Part shown: piece after piece, positions 26,813 to 36,290 of the stretch | Layout of the letters: each line of letters opens with the position of its first letter | Position numbering within the stretch: the first letter of the stretch is position 1 | Virus record (IMG/VR): IMGVR_UViG_3300032224_001477 | Coordinates: 1 to 64,000 of that record | DNA length: 64,000 bases | Strand: one strand, 5' to 3' | Origin: a virus | Translations under genes and position numbers: made by a program | Notes under the pieces: generated by a model | What the model was told of the DNA's origin: nothing | What the model saw: only the letters and a program-made list of their open reading frames with translations | Databases searched by the model: none

Positions 26813-27014
26813 AATCTTTGGTGAAAGGTGAACAGATCTAGGTATCGGCGTGGTAGCGGAGGGTTTGAAAAAACAACCCAGGTAGATCCTAGAGACACGC
26901 AACAGAACCACCTTCAGGAGACCACCATCCGAAGGCTTCTGTCTGAGCCGCAAGGCGTAGACGAGTTGGAGTAGCGACCAACAGCCTAGATCTGTTCACC
27001 TTTCACCTAAGATT
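26813..27014 (+). ncRNA. Candidate structured ncRNA closed by a 30-bp inverted repeat
   Basis: Arms 26813-26842 and 26985-27014 are 29/30 complementary. The interior folds into about four hairpins, one with a GCAA tetraloop. Intergenic. Confidence 0.55.
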
Positions 27015-27028
27015 ACTAATTGAATTTC

Positions 27029-27078
27029 ATGCAACCGCGGTACTTTGCCTCCGCGTTGCATCCTGACGGTAAGGCAAA
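27029..27078 (+). promoter_or_regulatory. H-type pseudoknot just upstream of an RBS
   Basis: 11-bp stem 27029-27061; loop TTTGCCT (27044-27050) pairs with AGGCAAA (27072-27078). Confidence 0.5.
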
Positions 27079-27093
27079 ACAAGAGGTACATAT

Positions 27094-27258
27094 ATGCGTA
27101 ACATGATCCCAATCGACTATGTCGAAGTGGAAGAATACACCAACCAATCAACCCTTGATGCCGTGAGCAGCGAGTACGCTGCCATGCAACACCCCATGCT
27201 CGAGATGGACGAAGCGTCCATGCGGGCTGAGTGCGTCCGGAGGTTCATCAATGATTAA
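27094..27258 (+). CDS. Small acidic early protein (54 aa)
   Basis: MRNMIPIDYVEVEEYTNQ..., SD GAGG at 27083. Confidence 0.5.
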   Translation: MRNMIPIDYVEVEEYTNQSTLDAVSSEYAAMQHPMLEMDEASMRAECVRRFIND

Positions 27259-27580
27259 CCTAACCGAACAACTCGAAGCGATCCGGCCCAGCTTGAACCT
27301 CAAGCCCAGCCCGGTGGAACCGACAGCCAAAGTACCGGTACCGGCACAGGTCTTCCGCATCCCTGCCAAGGTGATGCGTGATGGCGTAGCCTGGTCGCCG
27401 ACCTATTGGTACAACCCCAAGAGTAACCACGATCGTAGCCGCGCAATGAGCGAGCTGCGGTCTGCGTTGCAGTATGGCACCAGCTTGGAGGGCGCAAGCG
27501 CTTCCCGTTGGGGCGTACAGATCGGGGACAAAACCTTCACCGTCAACCCGGTTGGGCTGACCGAGTGGATCAATAGTTAA
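27251..27580 (+). CDS. Hypothetical early protein
   Basis: 109-aa ORF. Confidence 0.6.
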   Translation: MINLTEQLEAIRPSLNLKPSPVEPTAKVPVPAQVFRIPAKVMRDGVAWSPTYWYNPKSNHDRSRAMSELRSALQYGTSLEGASASRWGVQIGDKTFTVNPVGLTEWINS

Positions 27581-27644
27581 TTATTGACAGGACTATGCTA
27601 GTAGTTCAATCCTTTAGCATCTTCCTGACAGAAAGGATAACACC

Positions 27645-28010
27645 ATGAAAGCCAAGACAGAACCTACAGTCGACAAGATCAAGATACCAGAAGACATCGC
27701 CCACATTCTGCTTCGCCTCACCAACGCGAGGTCCAAGAAGCGAGCTAAACTGTGGCGCGAATACGTCAACGAGACGGCGGATCTCTTTGAGAAACACAAG
27801 ATGAACGAGCTTCATACGGTTATGTCCATCAAGAAACTCTGTTTCTTTATGGATGTATTCGGCCACAACAAGAAGCTTTTCAACTGGTTTAAAAAGCTTT
27901 CGCCACAAGACCACCAAAGGTTGGCACACAGTTTCGTGCCGCCTTACATGAACCGCGACGAGATCTGGCCCAACTTGTGCAAGTTCGGCGACGTGCTCAT
28001 ACGGCCATGA
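27645..28010 (+). CDS. Hypothetical early protein
   Basis: SD AAGGA; palindrome upstream at 27582-27603. Confidence 0.6.
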   Translation: MKAKTEPTVDKIKIPEDIAHILLRLTNARSKKRAKLWREYVNETADLFEKHKMNELHTVMSIKKLCFFMDVFGHNKKLFNWFKKLSPQDHQRLAHSFVPPYMNRDEIWPNLCKFGDVLIRP

Positions 28011-28266
28011 CCACCCTAATCGAATCCCTAAAGGTCGTAGCTTTTGCGCTGTTTGGAATCATCAGCTTCTACGCCCTTTGGATACTACTGGAGTTTGTTA
28101 AATGAACACACCAACTAAAGGCAGAACCTACATTCCAACTCCTCAGGAGTTGGAACAGGAAGAGCGCGACAGACTCCGGACCTACATGCTGGATGAGATC
28201 GAAGGCAATCGTTGGGCCCGGCAGGAACGTGAACGCGAAGAGGCTGAACGTGAGGAGGAAGATTAA

Positions 28267-28524
28267 ATGTCAGCCTACGCAATCACCGTAAAAGAACTCA
28301 TAAATAGACTCAAGAAAGAGAAACGTCCTTCAGATGTACTTATTCTGGACGACGTATGCTTCGAGAGTTTCGAAGACTCTTACCCAAAGTTAACCAGAAA
28401 GATGTGGAATGATGAGGTAGCTGAAGGCGTATCAAACGAGTGCGGTGCCGATTCTATCCACGATCAAGTTGTTGAGATACTTAATGGGATGGGTCTATCC
28501 GAAAAAGAAGAGGAGGAAGAGTGA
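28267..28524 (+). CDS. Hypothetical acidic early protein
   Basis: SD GAGGAGG. Confidence 0.55.
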   Translation: MSAYAITVKELINRLKKEKRPSDVLILDDVCFESFEDSYPKLTRKMWNDEVAEGVSNECGADSIHDQVVEILNGMGLSEKEEEEE

Positions 28525-28995
28525 AACCTACACCTGAACAGATCAAAGCAGAGCTAAAGAAAATAACCAAAGACTTAGAGAAGTACCGCAAGTTCATACC
28601 CAACGAGCACGAAGAGCTGCTCTGTGTGGGTTGGATCGAGGCACTGACCTGGGTCTTAGGCGAGGAGGCAACATGAACAACATTGAGATACTGAGAGCAG
28701 CGCTACAGGACTTTGTAGATTTCTACAATGATCCAAACATGCCGATGGCTGAGCTTGTTAGCCGGGCTCAAGAAGCATTAGACAAAACCAAATGACGTTC
28801 ACTGATCACGCCTTGATCTGCAAGTACAAGGGCAGATGGATATGTTCTTGGTCCTTTATGATCGGCTTCTCAAGCCATGTTGGTTGCTCAACCCACAAGA
28901 CGCTTGCTCTAGCTAAAGAACAAGCAAAACGGCTCGAGATCCCTTGGAAGATCAGCAAGAAAGTCTACGTACTCGGTTAACCAAAGGAGGAAACT

Positions 28996-29328
28996 ATGCT
29001 CACAAAAGAAACAGCGTTGAGAATTGTTAAGCTGGCAGAAGAACAGCATGACCCCGAAACGGCATCTGGTTTATCCAGTCTAGTTCACGTTATTACTGGT
29101 TGGATGTATGATGAAGACCGTAACAAGTGGCAACGATACCACGAGGGTATGGGTGGAATGGAAATCGAAAGCAACGAGCGTATCGCAAATAAATTGAGGC
29201 ACACCATAAACGCCTCATTCAAACTCTTGTCTATTGTTCACGACCAAGAGAAGAAACTACACGACGTTATCGTGGCGTATCGTGCCCTCAAAGCAGACAT
29301 CAAGAAAGTTACTGAGGGCAAAGTATGA
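28996..29328 (+). CDS. Hypothetical early protein
   Basis: SD AAGGAGG. Confidence 0.6.
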   Translation: MLTKETALRIVKLAEEQHDPETASGLSSLVHVITGWMYDEDRNKWQRYHEGMGGMEIESNERIANKLRHTINASFKLLSIVHDQEKKLHDVIVAYRALKADIKKVTEGKV

Positions 29329-29515
29329 AGAAAGCATCTGTCTGCGCTAACAGCTACGCCATCCCCGGTAGCTACCCAATCAAGGAGCTAAGGGCGAGGG
29401 CTAAACCTCAGATTATTTACCGGTACGGCGAGTACTGGGAAGAACGCAGGGTCAGTTCAGCTCAGCGAGAACGAGGAGTGTTACAGCAATTCGTTCTTGT
29501 TAAGAAGGAACAGCT

Positions 29516-29698
29516 ATGAGCTACACCGTACGCGAGTGCGACTGTGGTTCAGGCAAGACATCCGATTGGGTGTTTGACGGTCATGGCTGTGCGCTTACAC
29601 GCACATGCGATGACTGCCACGACAAGAAAATGAAAAGGTACCGCCCCGATATCTTCACAAGATACGAGTGCGACGAACAGATCGAGGATGATTATTGA
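29516..29698 (+). CDS. Small Zn-finger-like protein
   Basis: CDCGSG...CDDC...RYRP motif. Confidence 0.55.
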   Translation: MSYTVRECDCGSGKTSDWVFDGHGCALTRTCDDCHDKKMKRYRPDIFTRYECDEQIEDDY

Positions 29699-29709
29699 AA
29701 GGAGAAACA

Positions 29710-29976
29710 ATGCGAGAAGAAATCCCACACCTAATGTTCGTGACTGCAGTCATGGGGCTTGAAGCTCTTGACCGCGGCATGATGTTGAGCCGCGTGCATA
29801 CCGCAGCTCGATGCCTGGACGTGGTGTCCAAGGTAACCGGCGTTAAGTACAAACGTACTGATCGCAGACGTGCAGCTAAAGAAGGTCGAGCTTTGCTCGA
29901 TACTCTTGAGGCAAACGCAGCCTTTAAGAAGGCCAAGCGGACTGGCGAACGACTCGAGATCCATTGCATCACATGA
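29710..29976 (+). CDS. Hypothetical early protein
   Basis: SD AAAGGAG before ATG 29710. Confidence 0.55.
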   Translation: MREEIPHLMFVTAVMGLEALDRGMMLSRVHTAARCLDVVSKVTGVKYKRTDRRRAAKEGRALLDTLEANAAFKKAKRTGERLEIHCIT

Positions 29977-30187
29977 ATCTACCAACCATCAATCGATTAA
30001 AGGCAGTCCATCTGATGGACCAGTCCGAGTTGGCGATGCTAACCGAGCAGTTCAACACGCTGCTTGCCTCACATCAAAGAGTTAAAAGCGAAGTGGAAAC
30101 ACTACGCCAAACCTTGAACTCCTACGTTGGCTTCACGCAGAAGCTGACCGAAGAGATAACCCAATACAAAAGGAATAAAAGACAACG

Positions 30188-30511
30188 ATGATCAACCTAA
30201 CCAAAGCACCCATCAACAGGATTGAACCTTGCGATGACAACCCTGGTACACACAAGACCGGGGAGCTACGCAACATTACAGCCGACGAGATAACCGCGAT
30301 CCTTGGCTTCGAGCCTAACTTCCCTGATGATCCAGCCAAGGTGGTTAACTCCTGGCTTGGACGATTCATCTACTCGGATGGAGAACGCAGGACGTTCGCT
30401 ATCTGGGACTACAAAGGGTCACACTTGGACAACAAGTTCAGTACTTGGGGCGACCAGGAGTTACTCAACGGACTGTTCTACGGACACTACCACCACGGTC
30501 TAGGTTGGTAA
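30188..30511 (+). CDS. Hypothetical early protein
   Basis: 107 aa; DDPAKV..SW...FAIWDYK motif. Confidence 0.6.
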   Translation: MINLTKAPINRIEPCDDNPGTHKTGELRNITADEITAILGFEPNFPDDPAKVVNSWLGRFIYSDGERRTFAIWDYKGSHLDNKFSTWGDQELLNGLFYGHYHHGLGW

Positions 30512-30526
30512 ATTACTGACTGTTAT

Positions 30527-30724
30527 ATGTCAGCAACTTACACCATTCCTAACTGGTTTAGCCCACCTATGTGTCGCGCAATCATTCGCGCACACAAGGA
30601 AGGCTACAAAGTTCAGGAGATCAGTCATCTATTCAACATTAAGTACAACCAGATCTATCGGTTCCTTGTGCTCAGCCAGCACTTGATCCCAACCAAGAAA
30701 GTTAAACCTAATGAAGATAAATAA
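30527..30724 (+). CDS. Small HTH DNA-binding protein
   Basis: IIRAHKEGYKVQEISHLFNIKYNQIYRFL HTH; its ATG lies inside the 22-bp palindrome 30514-30535. Confidence 0.65.
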   Translation: MSATYTIPNWFSPPMCRAIIRAHKEGYKVQEISHLFNIKYNQIYRFLVLSQHLIPTKKVKPNEDK

Positions 30725-30868
30725 GATGCCATCAAAAGAATTGGTCAGCATCAAAGCCCGACTCAAAACGATAAGGGAAAAGACGGACAGCGCACCTGCC
30801 AAGGGTGACGAGTCTCCTTCTCTCTATTACAGGCACATCACCGAACAGTTACTACGAAGGGAGGGTAA

Positions 30869-31315
30869 ATGAAATCAGCTGTACTCGATACGCTGGATGA
30901 CATGGACGTAGGTATCGACCAGCTCCTACCTACCACAAGCGATAAACCCACAGCTAAAAACCTTTGGGCTATCTGCACGGAAAGCCAATGGGTTAGCCGT
31001 GCCTGTGGTTGGGAGAAGATTGCCAAGACTTCAACGGATCAGTTTCCTGAAGACAAGGCAACCGTCCGCGCTAACCGCAATACCGGCAAGTCGAACATGA
31101 TTTACACGGTGTACTTCAACTACGGCACACGGACACACACAAGCAGTTGGGGTAACTACAATTATAGAAGCCGATTGATGGTTAGCACAACAGGCGAACT
31201 AGTTGATCGTCACTTCCACTTCAACGGTAGTTGCCCCACTGACGGAGAACTTCAGAAGATCACCGACACAATGGAGTTCATTGAGTCGAGGATCCGGGCC
31301 GCGAGTAACGGCTAA
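30869..31315 (+). CDS. Hypothetical early protein
   Basis: SD GGGAGG. Confidence 0.6.
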   Translation: MKSAVLDTLDDMDVGIDQLLPTTSDKPTAKNLWAICTESQWVSRACGWEKIAKTSTDQFPEDKATVRANRNTGKSNMIYTVYFNYGTRTHTSSWGNYNYRSRLMVSTTGELVDRHFHFNGSCPTDGELQKITDTMEFIESRIRAASNG

Positions 31316-31375
31316 TCAGTACGGTTCTATGAACCGCGATCCACAATACAACAAACTAAAACGGAGGATACACAC

Positions 31376-31726
31376 ATGGCTTACGTTGTTACAGCCACAC
31401 CTGATCAGGTTGACTTGTTTGGCAAGGCGTCTGATCAGCTCAACAAAGCGAAGAAGGTACGGGATGATCTCGTCAAACGGATCTTTCTACCTTCGTCTCA
31501 TGACGGAAACACGCACTGGGCAGGGGCACATTATCAGATCACTGCCTCTGAAAGGCGTGTCAATCGGTTCGATGTAGAGACCTTAATCAGCAAACTTCAG
31601 GAGCGTGGCATCGATGATGCCAACGCCCTGGTTGAATCCTGTCAGAAGGATTCCATCAGCGTTTCGTTTCGATCCACCGTCCTCATTGGACGGTTGGCAA
31701 TGCAACTCGCACAAGCAACCAGCTAA
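31376..31726 (+). CDS. Hypothetical early protein
   Basis: SD GGAGG. Confidence 0.6.
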   Translation: MAYVVTATPDQVDLFGKASDQLNKAKKVRDDLVKRIFLPSSHDGNTHWAGAHYQITASERRVNRFDVETLISKLQERGIDDANALVESCQKDSISVSFRSTVLIGRLAMQLAQATS

Positions 31727-31740
31727 AGGAGATACCCACC

Positions 31741-32487
31741 ATGGCTAAACTAAAAGCAACTGCACCGGTGTCCGTCGAAGCACTCGACGTACATCCCTTA
31801 CCCCCATCAACCGAAACCTTCCACCCCGTAGCACACGGTAGTTTGCACAGCATGTTCTTGCAGGCATCCGAGGCTGCCGGACTGACTGTGGTACCAGCTA
31901 AGTTCCAGCTCGCACCCAATGGCGAGATGGCCATCGGTACCTACAACCTCATCGACTCACGCCTGGATGGTACAGAGACCAAGGCGCAGATCGGTTGGTT
32001 CAATAGCTGGGACAAGTCCTGCTCAGCCCGCATGTACATGGCGGACGAGATCAAGTGGTGCACCAATGGGATGGTCTTTGCCATGCGGGTGTTAGCCCGC
32101 AAGCACACGACCAACATTCTGGCTGACCTGCCCGGCGGCATAGCCAAGGCTATGAGCGACGCAGTACCCAAGTTCCTGGCTAACCGTGTTCGCATCGAGA
32201 CGTACAAGTCGACGGCCTTGGAGACCAAGGACGCTGACCACTTGCTCATGGAACACTGGCGCCAAGGTATCCTGGGTGACCGGCAGTTGAAGCGTGCTCA
32301 CTCCGAGTGGGTCGAGCCTACCTACAGTGCGTTCAAACCACGCAGTGTCTGGTCCTTCCACAACGCCATCACCGAATCCCTGAAGTCAGCTGTCGTGTTC
32401 GATGCCCCGCATCTGACCACGTTGAGCAACGACATCCTGGATTCGTACACCAACTTCAGCGAGCCGGCGTTCGCTGGAGCGAACTGA
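31741..32487 (+). CDS. DUF932-family protein
   Basis: GWFNSWDKS, WCTNGM, RKHT and SVWSFHNAITE motifs. Confidence 0.75.
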   Translation: MAKLKATAPVSVEALDVHPLPPSTETFHPVAHGSLHSMFLQASEAAGLTVVPAKFQLAPNGEMAIGTYNLIDSRLDGTETKAQIGWFNSWDKSCSARMYMADEIKWCTNGMVFAMRVLARKHTTNILADLPGGIAKAMSDAVPKFLANRVRIETYKSTALETKDADHLLMEHWRQGILGDRQLKRAHSEWVEPTYSAFKPRSVWSFHNAITESLKSAVVFDAPHLTTLSNDILDSYTNFSEPAFAGAN

Positions 32488-32493
32488 TTGGAT

Positions 32494-32524
32494 GGGGAGT
32501 GCCGTGTAACAGCGGCACTCCCCT
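32494..32524 (+). terminator. GC-rich hairpin after DUF932 (terminator or processing site)
   Basis: GGGGAGTGCCG-tgtaacag-CGGCACTCCCC; no U-tract. Confidence 0.4.
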
Positions 32525-32616
32525 CCCGCTATGGCAACCGTAAGCAACACCCTGGGTAAGATCCTAGCCATCCTATCGGTGGTTGGTTTCATACTCCTAT
32601 TACTACTGATGAAAAT

Positions 32617-34962
32617 ATGATCATAACAAACTCAAGACAGACACCGTTCCAGTCAGCACAGTTTGTAGAAAAACAATTCAGTATCCGCATCAACCCCAAA
32701 CTATTCGAGGCTCTCGGTTCGTTGTACACGGACCCAATCCTAGCCATCTGCCGTGAGTACATGACCAATGCAGATGAGGCACACCAGCTTGCCGGTCACA
32801 ATCAACCCATCCGGGTTACGTTACCCACCGCCTTAAAGCCTGAGCTCGTCATTGAGGACAAGGGGCCTGGCTTATCGCAAGATAAGATCTTTGAGCTGTT
32901 CACCACATACGGTGCAAGCGGCGATGAGAAAGAGACAAGCAATGCTTACGAGGGTGGCTTTGGTCTAGGCGGTAAGTGCTGGCGGTCCTATGCCGACAGC
33001 ATCATCGTCGAGTCCAAGTACGATGGGACTAAGACAACCTATTCGTTCTTCCTGGACGAGACGGGTATGGGTAAAGCTGCTGTCCTTAATAAGACCGCAG
33101 CCACCGGCACGGGCGTGACCATCCGCATCCCCATCAAGAAGGATGACATCGGCACCTTCACTGCACGCGCAGTAAAGATTGGCTCGATGTTTCCTGTCCG
33201 ACCTACCTTCACCAACCTGACCGACGCACAGTTCAAGGAGTCAATGGATGACGACATGGACTTTGCCAATCGGACTACCATCCATAAGACGGATAAGTTC
33301 AGTTACTTTGGCGACGGCTCTGCCTCGTATGTTCGTATGGGTAGGTTGGTCTACCCTGTCACCGGTCAGCATCTTCCCTCCAACTTCAGCGAGATTCTAA
33401 AGAGTCTGCTCGAAGCTGGCGTGTTGATTAACTTTACTGTTGGCGAACTGGATCTTGCGCCTAGCCGTGAGACGCTTAAGTACACCACCAAAACCGTATC
33501 GGCTTTGTTTGGTGAGCTGAAAGCTGCGGCTGACGGGATGGCCAAGGGTATCCTGAAGGAAGTTAATGATCTTCCCTCGGAGCACCTTGCCATTCTCAGG
33601 ATCAATGAGCTGACCAAGAAAGCCTATCGTGGCACCGGGTACAACAGCTCTCATGTGGAAATGTTCAGCCGCAAACTGGCTGAGAAGTTGGATAAGAAGT
33701 GGACGTGGCAGGGCAAGCCGCTTCTGCACAACACCTATGATCTGACTAAAGCGTTTCCTCCGGAGCCAGCAAATTACCCCAACACAAAAACTGAGTACTA
33801 CAAATCGCTTGGCCTAAGTAGCCGTGTGTTTTGGCTGAAGAACTGGGGCAACAAGAACCTTCAGTTCGAGGACGAGCGGGAGATTATTCCGTCCAAGCGT
33901 GCTGCCTTTGTAACCACAGGTACTCGCCTGTCCTCACCCAATGTGAGGATTAAGAAGTACCTCAACGACCACAAAGAGTTTGACCACGTCTATTTGCTGG
34001 GCATGACGGATTCCGCCAAGGCTGCGGTTACCGCCAAGTACCCGGGGTTGATGAGCTTACCGTTCATTGACGTCGATACCTTGCCGCTACCTGAAAGGGA
34101 TAGCTCCGGCGACGGTAGCACAGCTACTGGCGTTAAGAGTAAGAAGCACTGCAAGGGCAACGTGTTTGTGTTCGATGGCAATAACTCGAATGCAGAGAAA
34201 CGTTCCGACTTGTGGGGCATAACCAAAGACTACGACCTAGACGTACAAGAGCTCTATGTCGTATTGGATAACTTCCATGCCAACACCTTGAAGGGTGCGC
34301 ACTTTGGTATGTGTCTCAACACAGCTAGGAAAGCGTTGGCCTCAGTGGGCATGAAGTTTGATTACATCCACGGTATCAAGACTGGCGAGCTGGATAAGGT
34401 TAAAGACTCCAAGTGGTTGCATATCACTGAAGCCTTCGACTTAGCCTGTGCCAAGCTTGATGCTGACGAAGCATTGAAGGCCAAGGTCTACCCGATCATG
34501 GTCTACTCAATGGCTGGCAAAGGACTTCATTGGTCCAGTCGACCAAAGAACATGACGGAGAAACAGCACGGCCGGCTGTCTTACCTGAAAGAAATGCTTA
34601 AGCGAGTGAGCTCGTTTGTTCAAGGTACTAAAGGACTTGATGAAGTTCTCTTGGATATTAACCGCGAGTTCCAAACGTTAAGCGATGAACGCGCAACCTA
34701 CGACAGTTGGTTGAGCATGGCATATACCCTCGACTTTGATTGGTCAAAGGTTGTGGGGTATGAGCCAGCAGTCTTCGACAAGATGCGTTCGTTACTCAGA
34801 GATTACCCACTGCTGCGTTACTTCAACTACAACTCCAATGTTCTGAACGACACGTTCAGATCTAAAGGAGCCGCAGCTTTGAATGAATACATAACTTTGA
34901 AGCAACCCCTGGTTCAGAAGAATCAGGTCAAGCTTCCCAATAAAGAAAGAGAGGTAGCATGA
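32617..34962 (+). CDS. rIIA: RIIA-like protein (GHKL ATPase N-terminus)
   Basis: LYTDPILAICREYMTNA.EAH, DKGPGL, GGFGLGGK, LDLAPSRE.L.Y; adjacent to rIIB. Confidence 0.85.
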   Translation: MIITNSRQTPFQSAQFVEKQFSIRINPKLFEALGSLYTDPILAICREYMTNADEAHQLAGHNQPIRVTLPTALKPELVIEDKGPGLSQDKIFELFTTYGASGDEKETSNAYEGGFGLGGKCWRSYADSIIVESKYDGTKTTYSFFLDETGMGKAAVLNKTAATGTGVTIRIPIKKDDIGTFTARAVKIGSMFPVRPTFTNLTDAQFKESMDDDMDFANRTTIHKTDKFSYFGDGSASYVRMGRLVYPVTGQHLPSNFSEILKSLLEAGVLINFTVGELDLAPSRETLKYTTKTVSALFGELKAAADGMAKGILKEVNDLPSEHLAILRINELTKKAYRGTGYNSSHVEMFSRKLAEKLDKKWTWQGKPLLHNTYDLTKAFPPEPANYPNTKTEYYKSLGLSSRVFWLKNWGNKNLQFEDEREIIPSKRAAFVTTGTRLSSPNVRIKKYLNDHKEFDHVYLLGMTDSAKAAVTAKYPGLMSLPFIDVDTLPLPERDSSGDGSTATGVKSKKHCKGNVFVFDGNNSNAEKRSDLWGITKDYDLDVQELYVVLDNFHANTLKGAHFGMCLNTARKALASVGMKFDYIHGIKTGELDKVKDSKWLHITEAFDLACAKLDADEALKAKVYPIMVYSMAGKGLHWSSRPKNMTEKQHGRLSYLKEMLKRVSSFVQGTKGLDEVLLDINREFQTLSDERATYDSWLSMAYTLDFDWSKVVGYEPAVFDKMRSLLRDYPLLRYFNYNSNVLNDTFRSKGAAALNEYITLKQPLVQKNQVKLPNKEREVA

Positions 34963-35801
34963 ACATAATCATAACCGAAAATGACCTGACTGCGGTCATC
35001 AACAACAAGTCCTACACCCTCCGAAAGGAACACCCAAACTTCCGGTTGGTGGTGGACGGCATCAAGAACAAGTTCCCTGAGACGGAGATCGTTGACTTGA
35101 TGGACGTCACTAAGAGCGTCACCCATTACACCAACGGTAAGGTGGAGGTGCGTAACGGCGAGGTGTTCTACGACAACGAGCTAGTACAAGGCACGTTGGT
35201 AGAGCGTCTGCTCAGCTTCATGCAGGAAGGTCTTCCGCATGAACCCTACATAAAGTTCCTGGAGAACCTTATGCAAAACCCCAGCAGTCGTAGCCGGTCT
35301 CAGTTGTACCGCTTCCTTGAACACAAGAGTCTGCCCATCACAGATGATGGCTGCTTCCTTGCGTACAAGGGAGTCAGGGATAACTACCTGGACTGCCACT
35401 CAGGCACGATCGACAACCATCCCGGACGGCGCATCACCATGCCCCGCTCCAGGATCTCGGACGATCCTGACCTGGGTTGTCACACCGGGTTACACGTGGG
35501 TAGCGAGGAGTATGCGACCAGCTTTGGTCAGCGTACCGTCATCGTTAAGGTTAACCCACGTGACGTGGTGTCTGTCCCACTCGACTGCGATTGCCAGAAG
35601 ATGCGGGTCTGTGAGTATGAAGTCACGGCGGACTACGCCGGCTCCATGCGTCAGACTTACAGCTCCAGCAATACGGGGTACGGCGACAACGCCTACAACA
35701 ATACCGATGACGGCTGGGGTCAAGAGGATGAGTCTGGTGCGCACAGCACATCAGTCCTCAACCCTAATCGTTACGAGTACAAGTTCACACATCAGGTCTA
35801 A
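34959..35801 (+). CDS. rIIB: RIIB-like protein
   Basis: FLENL.QNPS, ITDDGCFLAYK, C..GLHV, VKVNPRDVVSVP.D...KMRVCEYEV. Confidence 0.88.
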   Translation: MNIIITENDLTAVINNKSYTLRKEHPNFRLVVDGIKNKFPETEIVDLMDVTKSVTHYTNGKVEVRNGEVFYDNELVQGTLVERLLSFMQEGLPHEPYIKFLENLMQNPSSRSRSQLYRFLEHKSLPITDDGCFLAYKGVRDNYLDCHSGTIDNHPGRRITMPRSRISDDPDLGCHTGLHVGSEEYATSFGQRTVIVKVNPRDVVSVPLDCDCQKMRVCEYEVTADYAGSMRQTYSSSNTGYGDNAYNNTDDGWGQEDESGAHSTSVLNPNRYEYKFTHQV

Positions 35802-35874
35802 TTACTGACTGATGATGGCCAGTAAGGGGCGGTCGTTCCTATCCGACCGTCCCTGAAAACCATAAGGAGGACAC

Positions 35875-36075
35875 ATGAGTGGAGTTACATACGGACAGTG
35901 GTGGGCCCGCATGTCGTCTCAAGCTGCAGCTGAAAGCTCTCGTGAATACCACGATCTTAAATCTCAAATGCTCAAGCTTGAGAATCAAAAGCTGAAGGAA
36001 GAAATCCTAAAGCTTAAGAAAGACAACAACATAATTGAACGGGAGCAACAGCTTCAATCGGATCGTTGGGCATGA
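35875..36075 (+). CDS. Hypothetical coiled-coil protein
   Basis: SD AAGGAGG; palindrome at 35803-35824. Confidence 0.55.
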   Translation: MSGVTYGQWWARMSSQAAAESSREYHDLKSQMLKLENQKLKEEILKLKKDNNIIEREQQLQSDRWA

Positions 36076-36290
36076 GCCTACTCAACAAAGCAGCAGTTAA
36101 ACGCAGCGCCCTTGATCTGGCCACAGCCAAGTACAAGGAGCGCAACAAGACTAGGTTAGAGATGGGCATCGCTCCGTTGAAGGCTCCGCCTTCACGGGTC
36201 AGCGGCGAGTTCATCGACACCTTCGAAGCCAAAGTGATTGGCTTACTCAACAGTATGGTCAATGACCATAAGACGGGAGCAACACTATGA
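36072..36290 (+). CDS. Hypothetical protein
   Basis: SLLNKAAVK..AL...RVSGEFID motif; ATGA overlaps. Confidence 0.55.
   Translation: MSLLNKAAVKRSALDLATAKYKERNKTRLEMGIAPLKAPPSRVSGEFIDTFEAKVIGLLNSMVNDHKTGATL

Noticed and set aside
26813-27014. MITE
   Set aside because: Single copy in the window, no convincing target duplication (only a 2-nt AC), no transposase, and a highly structured interior. Not fully excluded.
27022-27090. HDV-like/theta or hammerhead ribozyme
   Set aside because: No room for P3/L3 between P2 and P1', and no GAAA/stem III. Kept only as a pseudoknot.
35809-35862. Hammerhead ribozyme (CTGATGA ... GAAA)
   Set aside because: Stem II does not close next to the core and stems I/III are missing. 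CTGATGA is part of the palindrome and its spacer.
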